In this document: piece after piece, positions 1-10,366 of the stretch
Position numbering within the stretch: the first letter of the stretch is position 1
Layout: every line of letters starts with the position of its first letter
NCBI GenBank assembly: GCA_963769885.1
Contig: CAVYNH010000004.1
Span: 75,904 to 139,903, forward strand
DNA: 64,000 bases
Source of the DNA: Methanobacteriota archaeon
GTDB taxonomy: Archaea; Thermoplasmatota; E2; DHVEG-1
Reading direction: 5' to 3'
Position numbers and translations under genes: made by a program
The notes under the pieces: generated by a model
Database searches by the model: none
The model's input: only the letters and a program-made list of their open reading frames with translations
What the model was told of the DNA's origin: nothing

Positions 1-1738
1 GATTACTCGCATCCCAAACCGCCAATAGACCATCATTTACAGGAGTTGAGGATGCATCTATTAAATTCCAATCATTTGGATAAATACCTTCCCCATAATA
101 AACTTCATAGGATTGAAAACTATCAGTATACGATATTGCAGTACCCCGTATATCAAATGTATGGGGGCCAATAAAGGTTTCATCAAGATATGAATTTAAT
201 TTTGCGATTAAATGGGGGTTTAAAGTGAGGGCATTATAGGCATTAATTCGCCCTGTTCCAATATAATAATCAGTATTTATAGAATCGACGGATGAATGAA
301 GAATAGTCCTTATTTCGTCGGTAGAAAGAGAATTATAAGAAAGCATGAGTCCAACCAATCCTGAAACAAACGGACAAGCAGCGGAGGTACCTGAAAAATT
401 ATCATAATACATATCGTAGCCTAGATCATTCATATAGACATGGTAAGTTGGAAGTACTGTGAGAATATTCTCTCCAGGTGCAGCAATATCAGTCCACGAT
501 CCATAGCCAGAAAATTCAGACCTCTCATCGACATTGTTTGTAGCAGCAACATTGATAACGTTGTCATACACTGCTGGGTAGGCTCTCATATCTCCGACAT
601 AATTCCCCCGCGATGCAACGAGCACAACGCCATGAGATGAAGCATAGTCAAGAGCCTCTTTCAAAATAGTATCAGGACAAAGCGAACCCCAACTCATGCT
701 AATGATGGATGCACCATTATCTACCGCGTATTCTATGCCACTTACAATAGATGAAAGATAGCCGGTTCCATACTCGTCAAATGCTTTAATAGGCATAATT
801 TTACAATTCCAACTCACTCCTGCCATGTATTGAAGATTATTAGTCTTGGCAGCAGCAATACCTGAACAAGCCGTTCCGTGTCCGCAATCATCTAAAGGAT
901 CATTATCATAATTAACAAAATCCCATCCTATAACATCATCAATGTAGCCGTTATTATCGTCATCTATACCATTGCCTGGAACTTCGTTTATATTGTTCCA
1001 AATTTTATTATTCAAATCTGGATGACTGTAATCTATCCCAGTATCCAATACCGCGATAACCACATCTGGATTTCCCTGCTCTATATCCCAAGCTTGAGTA
1101 GCGTCAATGTCATGATCATTACTCTGTTCAAGTGCCCATTGATTATCAAAAAAAGGATCATTTGGTTTTACGTATACTTGATAACAGTTGTCGAAATTAA
1201 CATATTCGATATTGGGATCTTGTTTGTATTTAAAAACACATTCACAAACATCAATTGTTTTTTGGAATTTAAATACATAAGTGTTTGAGTGCTCTGAAGT
1301 ATCCTTTTCATCAAATATTTTTTCGATTTTTTCTATATTGTATTTTGCATTCAATTGATCTATATATGGCAATCCAGTTAAAACAGATTTATTATCATTA
1401 TGAATGTTTACTATTGCATTTTTTTTAAATTTAATAATGATACTAGTGTGAGAAAAGTTATTTTTAAAATTTTCATTTAATTTGGCTAATTTTGCGGATG
1501 TAAATTGATCAGTACCATTGAATAAAATATCTATATTCTCTTGTTCTCCCTTGTAGTCGTAAATATTTTTATTGTTAAAATTTTTCTTTAAAGTTTCGTT
1601 AACATCTGTAGATAGCATTGATTTTGGGGATTCATTCGTGTGTGATAACATATGAGTATTTCCAGGTAAAACAAAAATACCGACAATCATTAATATAATA
1701 GCCAATCTCCAGCATCGTTTTAATAAAATAATTTTCAT
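1..1738 (-). CDS. Subtilisin-like serine protease (peptidase S8), secreted; start ATG at 1738, C-terminus runs past the window start
   Basis: Own translation of minus strand: N-terminal signal-like MKIILLKRCWRLAIILMIVGIF; catalytic triad motifs in order VIAVLDTGID (Asp), HGTACSGIAAA (His), GTSAACPFVSG (Ser); GAGG-type RBS 7-8 nt upstream. Not in ORF track because no stop lies inside the window. Confidence 0.75.
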   Translation of the reverse strand, partial: MKIILLKRCWRLAIILMIVGIFVLPGNTHMLSHTNESPKSMLSTDVNETLKKNFNNKNIYDYKGEQENIDILFNGTDQFTSAKLAKLNENFKNNFSHTSIIIKFKKNAIVNIHNDNKSVLTGLPYIDQLNAKYNIEKIEKIFDEKDTSEHSNTYVFKFQKTIDVCECVFKYKQDPNIEYVNFDNCYQVYVKPNDPFFDNQWALEQSNDHDIDATQAWDIEQGNPDVVIAVLDTGIDYSHPDLNNKIWNNINEVPGNGIDDDNNGYIDDVIGWDFVNYDNDPLDDCGHGTACSGIAAAKTNNLQYMAGVSWNCKIMPIKAFDEYGTGYLSSIVSGIEYAVDNGASIISMSWGSLCPDTILKEALDYASSHGVVLVASRGNYVGDMRAYPAVYDNVINVAATNNVDERSEFSGYGSWTDIAAPGENILTVLPTYHVYMNDLGYDMYYDNFSGTSAACPFVSGLVGLMLSYNSLSTDEIRTILHSSVDSINTDYYIGTGRINAYNALTLNPHLIAKLNSYLDETFIGPHTFDIRGTAISYTDSFQSYEVYYGEGIYPNDWNLIDASSTPVNDGLLAVWDASN

Positions 1739-1984
1739 ATTAATACCTCCTCATAACTTACAAAAATAAATAAATTATTAATTAATAAATCTTTCGTAAA
1801 TGTGTATGTTGCCCGTACATTCGTTCCTCTTCCTGTTCAATGCATGCAATTTCATAAGGTGAGCCTGCAGAGCACTTCAATGTACTGATGGAGTCTTTTC
1901 TTCGATGCAAGCACCGAGCCGAACACTTTCTTGATGGCCGAGATGATGCCCTCGGTAACCAATCAATAGTAATATTCTTTCATG

Positions 1985-2735
1985 AACTCCTCAAATGGTC
2001 CTTTTAATGGCGGATGTTCCTCCTCCAGGATGAGTTCCCTGACTTTGGCGGTCGAGTTGTTCTTCATCTTGATGTATGGCGTCGCTTGGGAACCGTTCGA
2101 CCTCGCTAGTCATTTCCCGGGAGAGGTATCCAGAGCCCGAACCTATGGTCGTGCTTCCAGCCTTTGGAGCTGAGGTCGACGAGGATCCTGCCGCTGTCTA
2201 GATCCACGGCGAAGTGGACCTTGATGAATTTCCGTTTCGCCTTCTTTTTTCCGTTCCGTACCTGAATCTCTTGCAGAAGACCGTTCGCGGTCTGGATGGT
2301 CGCGGGATAGCGGTGATCATTGACGCCACCGGTCTGTCACTGAACCAGTACGGTCAGTGGATCGGCGAGGTAAGTAACGGGGATGTCCTTGATGTGGTCC
2401 TGCACGATGTTCGCATCAGGGACCGCTTCAAGCAACCACGAATTGTCCTCGCAAACCCACGCAAGAAAACTCTCCGTATCCAGATAGGAGAGGCAGAACA
2501 GGTACTCGAACATCAGGAAGACCGCTATGTCCTTCGGGCGGACCGGAGGCCGGCCCATCGTACCCGACGGACGGACCGTGTACGGGTCCGGCTTTGCTTT
2601 GACCAGTTGTTTCACTCTAAGGATACACCGGGCGTACTTCCATTTCCTCTGCTCTTTGTATCCAACCCAGAATCCCTTGCGGTATTGCTTGTATTTGCGT
2701 CCGCTGTATTTGCTTTTTCTCCTGTTTTTCTTCAT
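1985..2735 (-). pseudogene. IS5-family-like DDE transposase remnant (frameshifted, C-terminally truncated)
   Basis: Track ORF 2337..2735(-) has GRPPVRPKDIAVFLMFEYLFCLSYLDTE, resembling the N-terminal region of IS5-type transposases; after a frameshift the downstream frame reads KVHFAVDLDSGRILVDLSS (first DDE Asp block), then the reading frame decays. GC-rich unlike flanks. Confidence 0.4.
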
Positions 2736-3099
2736 TTTCGCATCCCATCCTGCACCACACTTTTTCGGGATGGATGCTGTCCGACAGTATTAAAACAGTG
2801 AGCGGATTACCCTTAGGAAAGATGCCCATCCTCGCTTTCTTGTGATGGCAAAAACGATATGGGCTTTATCCCGATAAACTTAATTTACGGGCAACACTTT
2901 GAACCAGGAAAAACAATAATAATCGAATGATTGTAAAAAACTAAGATTTTTGACCCCCAACTTTATTAAAATATGTAAGAGATATTATGTAAGAGATATG
3001 TATTAATATAAAGAATTGATAGATATTTGTAGCTCTAAGAAATACATAACTCGTGTCTGAGCAAGTTTTTTAACTCATCAGCCATGTTTTATCCTTACA

Positions 3100-4200
3100 A
3101 CCGCCAAGTTGCAAGCACCGAAACGATCCGCTTATGATTTTCTAATCCCCGATTGGACCGGAAGGCGCCGATGATCTTGCGCATAACCACATGCTCGTGA
3201 ATCGTTTGCTTGGCGACGTTGTCCGTCGGCTGCATCTCTGGATACAGCAAGCACGTATGCTAGCTGCTCGGTCCGTTCATTAGGTATTGCGCCTTCACTC
3301 GCGCCTCAGGATTATCGATGTAGTTATCAACCAGGGATTTAAGTTCCCGGTCCCAGTGCATTTTTTGTTTGATGCGCTGGGACATCGGCGGGTCCTTGCC
3401 GACGAAGACTTTCAACTTCTTGAATCGTCGATGCAACTTTCGGGAGAACCTCTGTTCGTGGTCTGAGAGGGTCGCCAGCATCGACCTCTCGGTGGAGGTG
3501 TGCCCAGCAGCGCTTTACCGTGGGCAGCGCCTGGTAGCTGCGGTGGCCGTCGTTGACCAAGGTGCCGTTGACACCTCGGCGCCGAAGATTTCCTTAGCCC
3601 TTTCTGCTACGGGATGCTCTGATCATTATTAGGACACCCGTACTAATCGGTTAAAAAATCCGCAGCTAGTGGTTCCTCCTCGTGATTGGCACCCCGGTCC
3701 CGCCGGTATGCCGCCAGCGAGTGGTCCTAATCCTCAGTTGGAGACATTCGTATTCGGGAGCGCAGGTGCCCCCAACCCGTAGGGAGATGTTGTGGACGTC
3801 TTTGGGACTAATCTGCAGCCCATATTGTTGGTGGAGGGCGTCCTGGATGCGTCGCAGGACGCCCCGTTGGTGGAACTTCATGAGGGTAATGGTGGTCATG
3901 AGGTGGACGCAGAAGCTGCCTTGGTGTGGACAGTCCAGATGCGCAGCAGTGATTTCGATGCCGCACCCGAGGCAGTGACAGCAGTGAAGGTCGTCACAGG
4001 CAACCTTGACGTGTGGTGGTGGGATGTCTTCGATGGTGCGGAATTCGATGCTGGTCGCGGCTTCTACCTCGGAGCCACATCGGGAGCAGCAAGGGTAATG
4101 ACGATGATTTCATTGGGGTCTGGTATGTCCCGGGTGGCACTGCGGTGGCCCGATAGGGCACCATGTCGCCCTGGCGTGCTGCCCTGCCAGCGTAGATTTT
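3100..4200 (-). pseudogene. GC-rich degenerate segment with transposase-like ORF fragments (family uncertain)
   Basis: Several short overlapping minus-strand ORFs with Cys/His-rich stretches (CDDLHCCHCLGCG) and no continuous frame; composition differs from the AT-rich neighbours. Family assignment not supported. Confidence 0.2.
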
Positions 4201-4515
4201 AAATCGTTGTTGGGACAGTAGCGTATGAGCATTCTCCTACGCCTTTAGTCGTTGTTTGGGCTCTTTTATTCTCCGTTTTTTAAATGGAGCATATTCTGCC
4301 TGACTTTGTCAAGCTGGTTCTGCAGCCCATCCAACTAGTTCTATATCGATAAAAGGCTGCAAGGTTTTTTCAATCAAGAAAAGAGAAGGTCAACTAAATA
4401 ATACACAGATAAAATCTTATAATTATTATATAGTCTATTAAAGCCGATATTCCCTCTTTTGAATAACAAATTTAATATAGTAGTATGTCATTTCATAATG
4501 GTAGAGAGGGAGAAA

Positions 4516-5292
4516 ATGAAAAATAAACCTTTGTATATATCCCTTGGAATCGTTTTTCTATTCATGAGTATTGTGATTTTACCTAGTATCTATGCAGATA
4601 ATACTACATCGATAACCGACAATCTGATTGTTGTAGTACAAACAGATAAATATAACTATGAAGTGGGCGAACCTATTGAAATTTCAATTTATGTTGAAAA
4701 TCATGAAGAGACGGATATTACAGTTGTTTTTCCAACCACCCAAAAAGCAGATTTTCAAGTAAACAATTGCTATCTTTGGTCATTTGGTAAATTTTTTACT
4801 ACATTACCGACAACAGTAACAATACAACCTAAGGAAAAAGTACTACTATTAAATGATAGTTGGGAACAAGTTGATTTCGATGGAAATCAAGTTTCTCCTG
4901 GTTTATTTATTATTACCGGATGGATGGTTCAAACCCAACAATACCCTCCAATTATTTCTGAGCCAGTTACCATTAGAATTGGTTCAGAAATAAAAATCGG
5001 GATTAATTACGGGCTCGGCGTCACAATATCCGCTGCCAATGTCGGAATGTTCAATCTAACCGATATTCGGGAAAATATATCAATCACGGGCGGCAACCTT
5101 GGTTTTATTCACATATCAAGATTATATGAAGTTGATAATTTGAATATTAATCAATCATTTACAAAAACTTTTTATCCCTTTGGTATTGGTCCAATAAAAA
5201 TTGATATTAAAGTTATTGCATCCAACGCTCCAGAATCAACTCTTAAAAAACAATTGTCTTTAATTTTCTTATTTGTGTATCCTGAAGAGTAA
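4516..5292 (+). CDS. Secreted protein, possible BsuPI-like (proteinase-inhibitor-type) beta-sandwich domain
   Basis: ATG at 4516 preceded by GAGGGAG; signal peptide MKNKPLYISLGIVFLFMSIVILPSIYA; YEVGEPIEISIYVENHEETDITVVFPTTQKADFQVNN...WSF pattern recalled as BsuPI-like. Track ORF 4459..5292 probably over-extended at the N-terminus. Confidence 0.45.
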   Translation: MKNKPLYISLGIVFLFMSIVILPSIYADNTTSITDNLIVVVQTDKYNYEVGEPIEISIYVENHEETDITVVFPTTQKADFQVNNCYLWSFGKFFTTLPTTVTIQPKEKVLLLNDSWEQVDFDGNQVSPGLFIITGWMVQTQQYPPIISEPVTIRIGSEIKIGINYGLGVTISAANVGMFNLTDIRENISITGGNLGFIHISRLYEVDNLNINQSFTKTFYPFGIGPIKIDIKVIASNAPESTLKKQLSLIFLFVYPEE

Positions 5293-5648
5293 TCCTATGG
5301 AATAATCAGTTACAGAACTTTTATACTTTTATATAAGGAGGCATGCAGTATATGCCTTACCTATTTACCATTCAAGCATCCGTCGTCTTTCTTTTTTCTT
5401 ATGAGTGTTCATGGTGAGTCCAGGGTAGAGTAATTTCGGTTATTGGTCTTTACCGAAATTCAATGTTCATTTAAGCCATCACGCCCAGAGTCTCCACTCC
5501 TTAACCATCGACAGGATTTATCCGCACCCAACAGAAGTTAAGTTCTGCTGACACAAAGCTGTTTTTCGGCCTCGAATAGAGAGATCCCGTAGGTATTCCT
5601 CATTTCTCAAGGAAAAATTATTATTCATGAAATGGTTATGAGAATAAT

Positions 5649-6374
5649 ATGTCTCAAAAAATATCTCCCATGACAGGATTACCGCGCATTCCCCCACGGA
5701 TACGACTCAAGGCAATATTACCACCTACTTTACCAAAAGATTCCGATGAAATTAATAAAATTATGAAGGAATTCCCGTTTAATGCATTTTTACTCTATAG
5801 TGATATGGATATGGATATCACCGAGTTTGTCCGGTTGCAGGGAGGTCTTCTCCACGATTTGTCTGGTAAGGATTGTCTCATCCATGTCCTAGAAAATCCC
5901 ACGGAATGGGATAACAACTGGGAAAAATATTGGGAGGAAAAACTAGGAGACAAATATTCTGAAATATCGAAATATTGGCATACCTTGCAACCCTGTGAAC
6001 GGAATAAAGCATTCGAGATCGCGAAGGAATTTGGCGTTAAACTTGATTCCCTTCCCTCCATTTTCTTATTTGTTGATTATCAGAGCCGGGAGGGGATATC
6101 AATCCCTATTGTAATCAGCAAGGATAATTATCTAAAATTTTTTGAAGGGCTCTTCCAGAAGATCCATGAAGTATGTGATAATGATTACCAAATTCGACTC
6201 GGGGAATTTAGAAAGTCATACCGTAAATTTTGGCTTAAATGGGTATTGCCGGTGAAAGTGAAAAAAGGTCTTGAAGCCTTCAATGATTGGGGTTCACTCA
6301 TAGCTCAAACAGAAAAGACAATTAAAGACATCATGTCGCCTTTCAATTTGTTACCTGAATCGACCAATAAATAA
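5649..6374 (+). CDS. Hypothetical protein
   Basis: 241-aa track ORF, AT-rich; no motif recognised. Confidence 0.4.
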   Translation: MSQKISPMTGLPRIPPRIRLKAILPPTLPKDSDEINKIMKEFPFNAFLLYSDMDMDITEFVRLQGGLLHDLSGKDCLIHVLENPTEWDNNWEKYWEEKLGDKYSEISKYWHTLQPCERNKAFEIAKEFGVKLDSLPSIFLFVDYQSREGISIPIVISKDNYLKFFEGLFQKIHEVCDNDYQIRLGEFRKSYRKFWLKWVLPVKVKKGLEAFNDWGSLIAQTEKTIKDIMSPFNLLPESTNK

Positions 6375-6735
6375 GGTGCACAATTAAATCAGCACTTTCA
6401 AAGAAGGAATAGATGTTCTCTTGCCACATAGAAAAAACATAGATGAGAATAATAGTTATGATTGAATAAGGGAGGGTTCATTACACCAGTGGTCATAGAA
6501 GCAAACCAGCGGTAATAATGCTTGGGCAAGTGGTCTAGTGGTTATCAGAGGAAAATAACCGTTATGTTTTTTCGTTAAAATATTCAGCGAAGATTTCTAC
6601 GGACTTACTAAAAAACCATTCTTTTTTCTCCCTTTTCTTTCACTATATATTTTTATGACAAATATCACTCTGATATTAACGGAGTAGAACTGACTTGGGT
6701 CCTAAGAAAAAAAAGAATCAGGCTTGAAAGCTTGA

Positions 6736-7010
6736 TCATTTAACCACTGTGAACTGCCAGGAGGCGGCAAGTAGATTCTGATCACTATCGACCAAGATGT
6801 TGCCTTCAGGGTCACGGAACGACGCATAGGCACGATACAAGCCCTCGCCGTTCTTTAAATCCCCTGCCCGAACAAGACCGTTGAAAATCTGATCCAATGC
6901 AAGCTGCTGACCAGGTTCAATCATTCTAGGACTCGATTCATTGACTGCATCATTATCAAGGACCCACTCTCCAGATTGTGGATCGTGGAACTGCACCTGA
7001 ATCGAGAGAC
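6736..7010 (-). pseudogene. Orphan C-terminal fragment homologous to the C-terminus of the giant surface protein (26964..32828)
   Basis: Translation LSIQVQFHDPQSGEWVLDNDAVNESSPRMIEPGQQLALDQIFNGLVRAGDLKNGEGLYRAYASFRDPEGNILVDSDQ aligns with LLIQVEFQDPRTGQWMLDTKAVDEQTPRLIQSGGLLALDSIFHGLVKTDDLRHGNGQYRVYAAFCDQQGNVLIDSDQ; similarity stops within ~30 nt of the stop codon of the OLD-family gene. Confidence 0.5.
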
Positions 7011-7027
7011 ATCCGCATTTTCCTGCC

Positions 7028-8977
7028 TCATAATGCTTTTTTCAAAGTAATTATTTTATTAACAATATTCTCAATTGATTTACACGATTTTCCGTCATTC
7101 TTAGCTTTCTTGATTAACTCCTCAAAAACTGTTGGGTTCTTATCAACTTGTTCAGAACGAAGGCAAAATTGTTTACAACACCCTGCTTTGAAAGTGGTGA
7201 CAAAATCTAACCCCAGTTCACTTGACATCGTTTGTGGTAAATTCTGCTTGAAACATGCATATTTATCTGATATATTGTCGGGCCAATCTACTTCCGGTTC
7301 GCCACATAACTTTAACAATTTTCGATTTTCAATAGGCGTTGATTGAGGTTCTTCAGGAGGATGAAAATCACCATCCCATAATGGATATACTAATATTCCC
7401 ATTTTTTGGAATATTATTAGTGGTTTGTCCATGTTTCCTTTGCCCATACAGGGTATTATGGGGATCCCTTCTGTCTCCATATTTATACCGATAGCTGCAG
7501 CCGTTCCCATGAGTGCAGCCTTATCGCTTTCCCCCTCGACTAAAATTACTAAATTAGAAAAAAAGCCTTCGTTCATAATCGGCGTCATAATTATTCTCAA
7601 ACGGGCTTCTAAACTGTGCGGATTTAAGGTACCTTTTGGTTTTCCATCCGCTCGGTCAATAATTTCAGCTACCTCAAGTAAATTTGTCGATGTGATTTTT
7701 GCCTGTTTTGGTTTTGCTGGATCTATTGTCTTCTTCCGTATTGACCTTATTTGGTCAAGTTTTTTAATATCAACAAATAAAGGAGAGTGTGTAGTGTAAA
7801 TAATCTGTATTTTATCGATAATTTCTCCAATTCTACCTGCTGCCAATTCTTGCAAAATATTTGCAAAATGACGCTGTCTGATTGGATGCTGATATAATTC
7901 TGGTTCTTCGATACCTATTATGAGGTTTGGCAATTTTGCCTTAACAGTAGGAGGAACCCCTGGTTCGCCTTCTTTTTTTTCTTCTGTCGATTGTGTTATT
8001 GCTAACTGTTGAAATAATGTTAAAATAAAAGCTCGTTGCAATCCATGGCCCACTCGATCTATTGATGATGGATAGTCATCTTCTATTAGTTTGATGTCTG
8101 CGATTGGTGATGGAATTTCTATTGTTTTTTGGAAATTCCAGTTTAATTTGATACCCGCATCAGGAATAAACTGTTTTAGGGCAGTATTCAAATTTTCTTC
8201 AAGAACGCCCAGCTCAGTGAAATCTTTAGCTTGTAAAATTTTTTCATATTCACTTTGTGTATTTTCCCCCAATCTGACCAGTTTTGTGTTTCCTGCTAGT
8301 GTTTTACGAACTACTAAATCCATAAGTTCAGTTAAGGGTGTGCCCTTTTTTTCCTCTGCATCCTCTGCAGCATCACGAACGGCAGGAATTAAAATGAATT
8401 TTGTAAATTTTTCAAGATGACTGTTTCCAACAGCATTGAATCCAAAAAACTGACCATCATCTCTACGTCTTGTGCAAGAAGCTTTATTCGCCTCCTCCCA
8501 TTGCTGAAGGAAACTTTCGCATTCTTCCTTGTTAGTATAATCTGGTAACCCAAAAGTTTCCTTCAATGAAGAGTATTCTTTTCTAAGTTGCGATGTGCCA
8601 TGAGCAGATCTAAAAGAATCAAAAGCTGGATTCCGAAGACTTTCGCCATAATATTTTTGTATTGACTTTGGAGTCTGAAACGTAATTATTTTTTGAACAG
8701 TAAGTGTATTGTCGAAAATATATTTATTAAAAAGGGTTTTTTCGTCTTGGTTCAAGTCTTTGTATCTGACGGATATGATTATTTCATTTGAAGTCTCATG
8801 ATTATAAAAATCTTCTTCAGTTATAGTATAATTTATTTCGTAGAAGATTCTTAGAGCTGTTAAAAAGGTTGATTTCCCTGATCCGTTTGGACCTATCAGG
8901 GCAATGAGTTGTTGACAATTAAGTGTTTCATCAACGATACAGCGAAAATTTTGTACCCGTAAACTTTCGATGATCAC
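7028..8977 (-). CDS. OLD-family ATP-dependent endonuclease (N-terminal ABC-type ATPase + C-terminal Toprim)
   Basis: Walker A LIALIGPNGSGKSTFL near N-terminus; C-terminal Toprim-like motifs LVILVEGESDKAAL and PLWDGD; 649 aa; GTG start in track frame. Confidence 0.8.
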   Translation of the reverse strand: MIIESLRVQNFRCIVDETLNCQQLIALIGPNGSGKSTFLTALRIFYEINYTITEEDFYNHETSNEIIISVRYKDLNQDEKTLFNKYIFDNTLTVQKIITFQTPKSIQKYYGESLRNPAFDSFRSAHGTSQLRKEYSSLKETFGLPDYTNKEECESFLQQWEEANKASCTRRRDDGQFFGFNAVGNSHLEKFTKFILIPAVRDAAEDAEEKKGTPLTELMDLVVRKTLAGNTKLVRLGENTQSEYEKILQAKDFTELGVLEENLNTALKQFIPDAGIKLNWNFQKTIEIPSPIADIKLIEDDYPSSIDRVGHGLQRAFILTLFQQLAITQSTEEKKEGEPGVPPTVKAKLPNLIIGIEEPELYQHPIRQRHFANILQELAAGRIGEIIDKIQIIYTTHSPLFVDIKKLDQIRSIRKKTIDPAKPKQAKITSTNLLEVAEIIDRADGKPKGTLNPHSLEARLRIIMTPIMNEGFFSNLVILVEGESDKAALMGTAAAIGINMETEGIPIIPCMGKGNMDKPLIIFQKMGILVYPLWDGDFHPPEEPQSTPIENRKLLKLCGEPEVDWPDNISDKYACFKQNLPQTMSSELGLDFVTTFKAGCCKQFCLRSEQVDKNPTVFEELIKKAKNDGKSCKSIENIVNKIITLKKAL

Positions 8978-9232
8978 AATAATTCCTTTCTAGGATATCC
9001 AGTTGATATATGCTTTTTCCTTTTCATTCTTCTCGAAAAAGTTATACCCTCGCTAACAACTCTTTCAGACTAGAAATGTTTTAGGGCCCTATAAATTAAT
9101 CTAATTTTGATTTTATCAAGACGGTTAACAATGCAACTAATAAAAAGATTTTAATAGAACCTTTAGTTAAGAATCATGCATAGAGGCGCAGGATGACAAA
9201 AGATGACATACTACTGAAATGGGGATATTTTC
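8978..9232. promoter_or_regulatory. Divergent intergenic region between the OLD-family gene and the SbcD-like operon; candidate bidirectional promoter
   Basis: 255-bp AT-rich spacer with TATA-like ccctataaattaat near 9087-9100 and GGGGA RBS before ATG 9233. No experimental support. Confidence 0.25.
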
Positions 9233-10366
9233 ATGCCGATTAAGTTTCTACATACGGCTGACTGGCAAATGGGTATGAAAGCTCTTCAAGCTGGCGAGAA
9301 AGCAAAGGAGGTTCGTGTTAAGCGTTTTGAGACAGCGAAGCGAGTTATTGAATTGGCAAAAAATGAATCTGTTGATTTTGTCATTCTTGCTGGTGATTTA
9401 TTTGAGCATCATGATATTGATGAATTAGTTGTCCGGAAAACAGTGGATATTCTGAACAACTTCAATCCCATTCCAGTCTTTATACTGCCAGGTAATCATG
9501 ATCCTCTTGTTTCCGGCGGCATCTGGGATCGGCATAGCTGGCAGCAAGTTAAAGGTCATATTACACTACTTCGAGAGGCTAAAGAAACCTTGGTCTCGGA
9601 TCAGGTCGTCATTTATCCTTCGCCATTATCCCAGAAACAAAGTTCGACCGATCCGACAGAATGGATTCCAACCAGAACTCCTGGCGATAATCGTATTAGG
9701 ATTGGGATCGCGCACGGTTCTTTAAACATATTACCTGAGCGTACCAACTTTCCTATTGCAGCTGACCGTGCGGATAAATGTTCATTGGATTGTTTGGCTC
9801 TTGGAGATTGGCACAGTTTCCTACAACATGGTCGGACTGTCTATCCTGGTACTATGGAGCAGACAAGCTTCACCGAAAAAGATTCGGGAAACGTTGCAAT
9901 AGTAGAGATTAAGAAAGTGGGTAATGAGCCGATTGTTTTTAAAAAACATATTGGACAATTCCTTTGGAGCGAGCATCAACCAACTATTCAGGACAAAACC
10001 GATGTTGATGGTTTTCGTGCCTTACTCTTGAAACAAGCATCGCTTTCCAACCAACTACTTAGGATAGCACCGATAATCACTCCAGAAGCCTCTTCAGACG
10101 CTATATCCGAACTAAAAATACTTCGAGATGAGCTGTTTGAAGAATCATTCTTTCTCAACTGGCCAGATGAAATGTTTAATACCACCCTTGATACCTCAGC
10201 GCCCTTACCGGACGGACTACTATCTAATGTGGATATTGACTTCGCAAACATTCTCAATCACCGGATTCCAGATGGACCTGGCCAGGAGTTCGCATCAGCT
10301 GACTTAACAGTGGTCCTTGAGGCACGAACTCTTCTCAGACGAATTGCAAAAGAGGGGGCAAAATGA
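9233..10366 (+). CDS. SbcD/Mre11-like calcineurin-type metallophosphoesterase (nuclease subunit-like)
   Basis: Motifs FLHTADWQMG (motif I with Gln where SbcD has His), ILAGDLFEH, LPGNHD, IAHGSL, GDWH; stop overlaps start of downstream gene (ATGA at 10363-10366). Confidence 0.75.
   Translation: MPIKFLHTADWQMGMKALQAGEKAKEVRVKRFETAKRVIELAKNESVDFVILAGDLFEHHDIDELVVRKTVDILNNFNPIPVFILPGNHDPLVSGGIWDRHSWQQVKGHITLLREAKETLVSDQVVIYPSPLSQKQSSTDPTEWIPTRTPGDNRIRIGIAHGSLNILPERTNFPIAADRADKCSLDCLALGDWHSFLQHGRTVYPGTMEQTSFTEKDSGNVAIVEIKKVGNEPIVFKKHIGQFLWSEHQPTIQDKTDVDGFRALLLKQASLSNQLLRIAPIITPEASSDAISELKILRDELFEESFFLNWPDEMFNTTLDTSAPLPDGLLSNVDIDFANILNHRIPDGPGQEFASADLTVVLEARTLLRRIAKEGAK

Noticed and set aside
6470-6545. 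tRNA-like D-loop sequence (gtggtctagtggttat) suggesting a tRNA gene
   Set aside because: No acceptor stem, anticodon arm or T-arm could be folded around it; it is part of the hairpin/T-run motif reported above.
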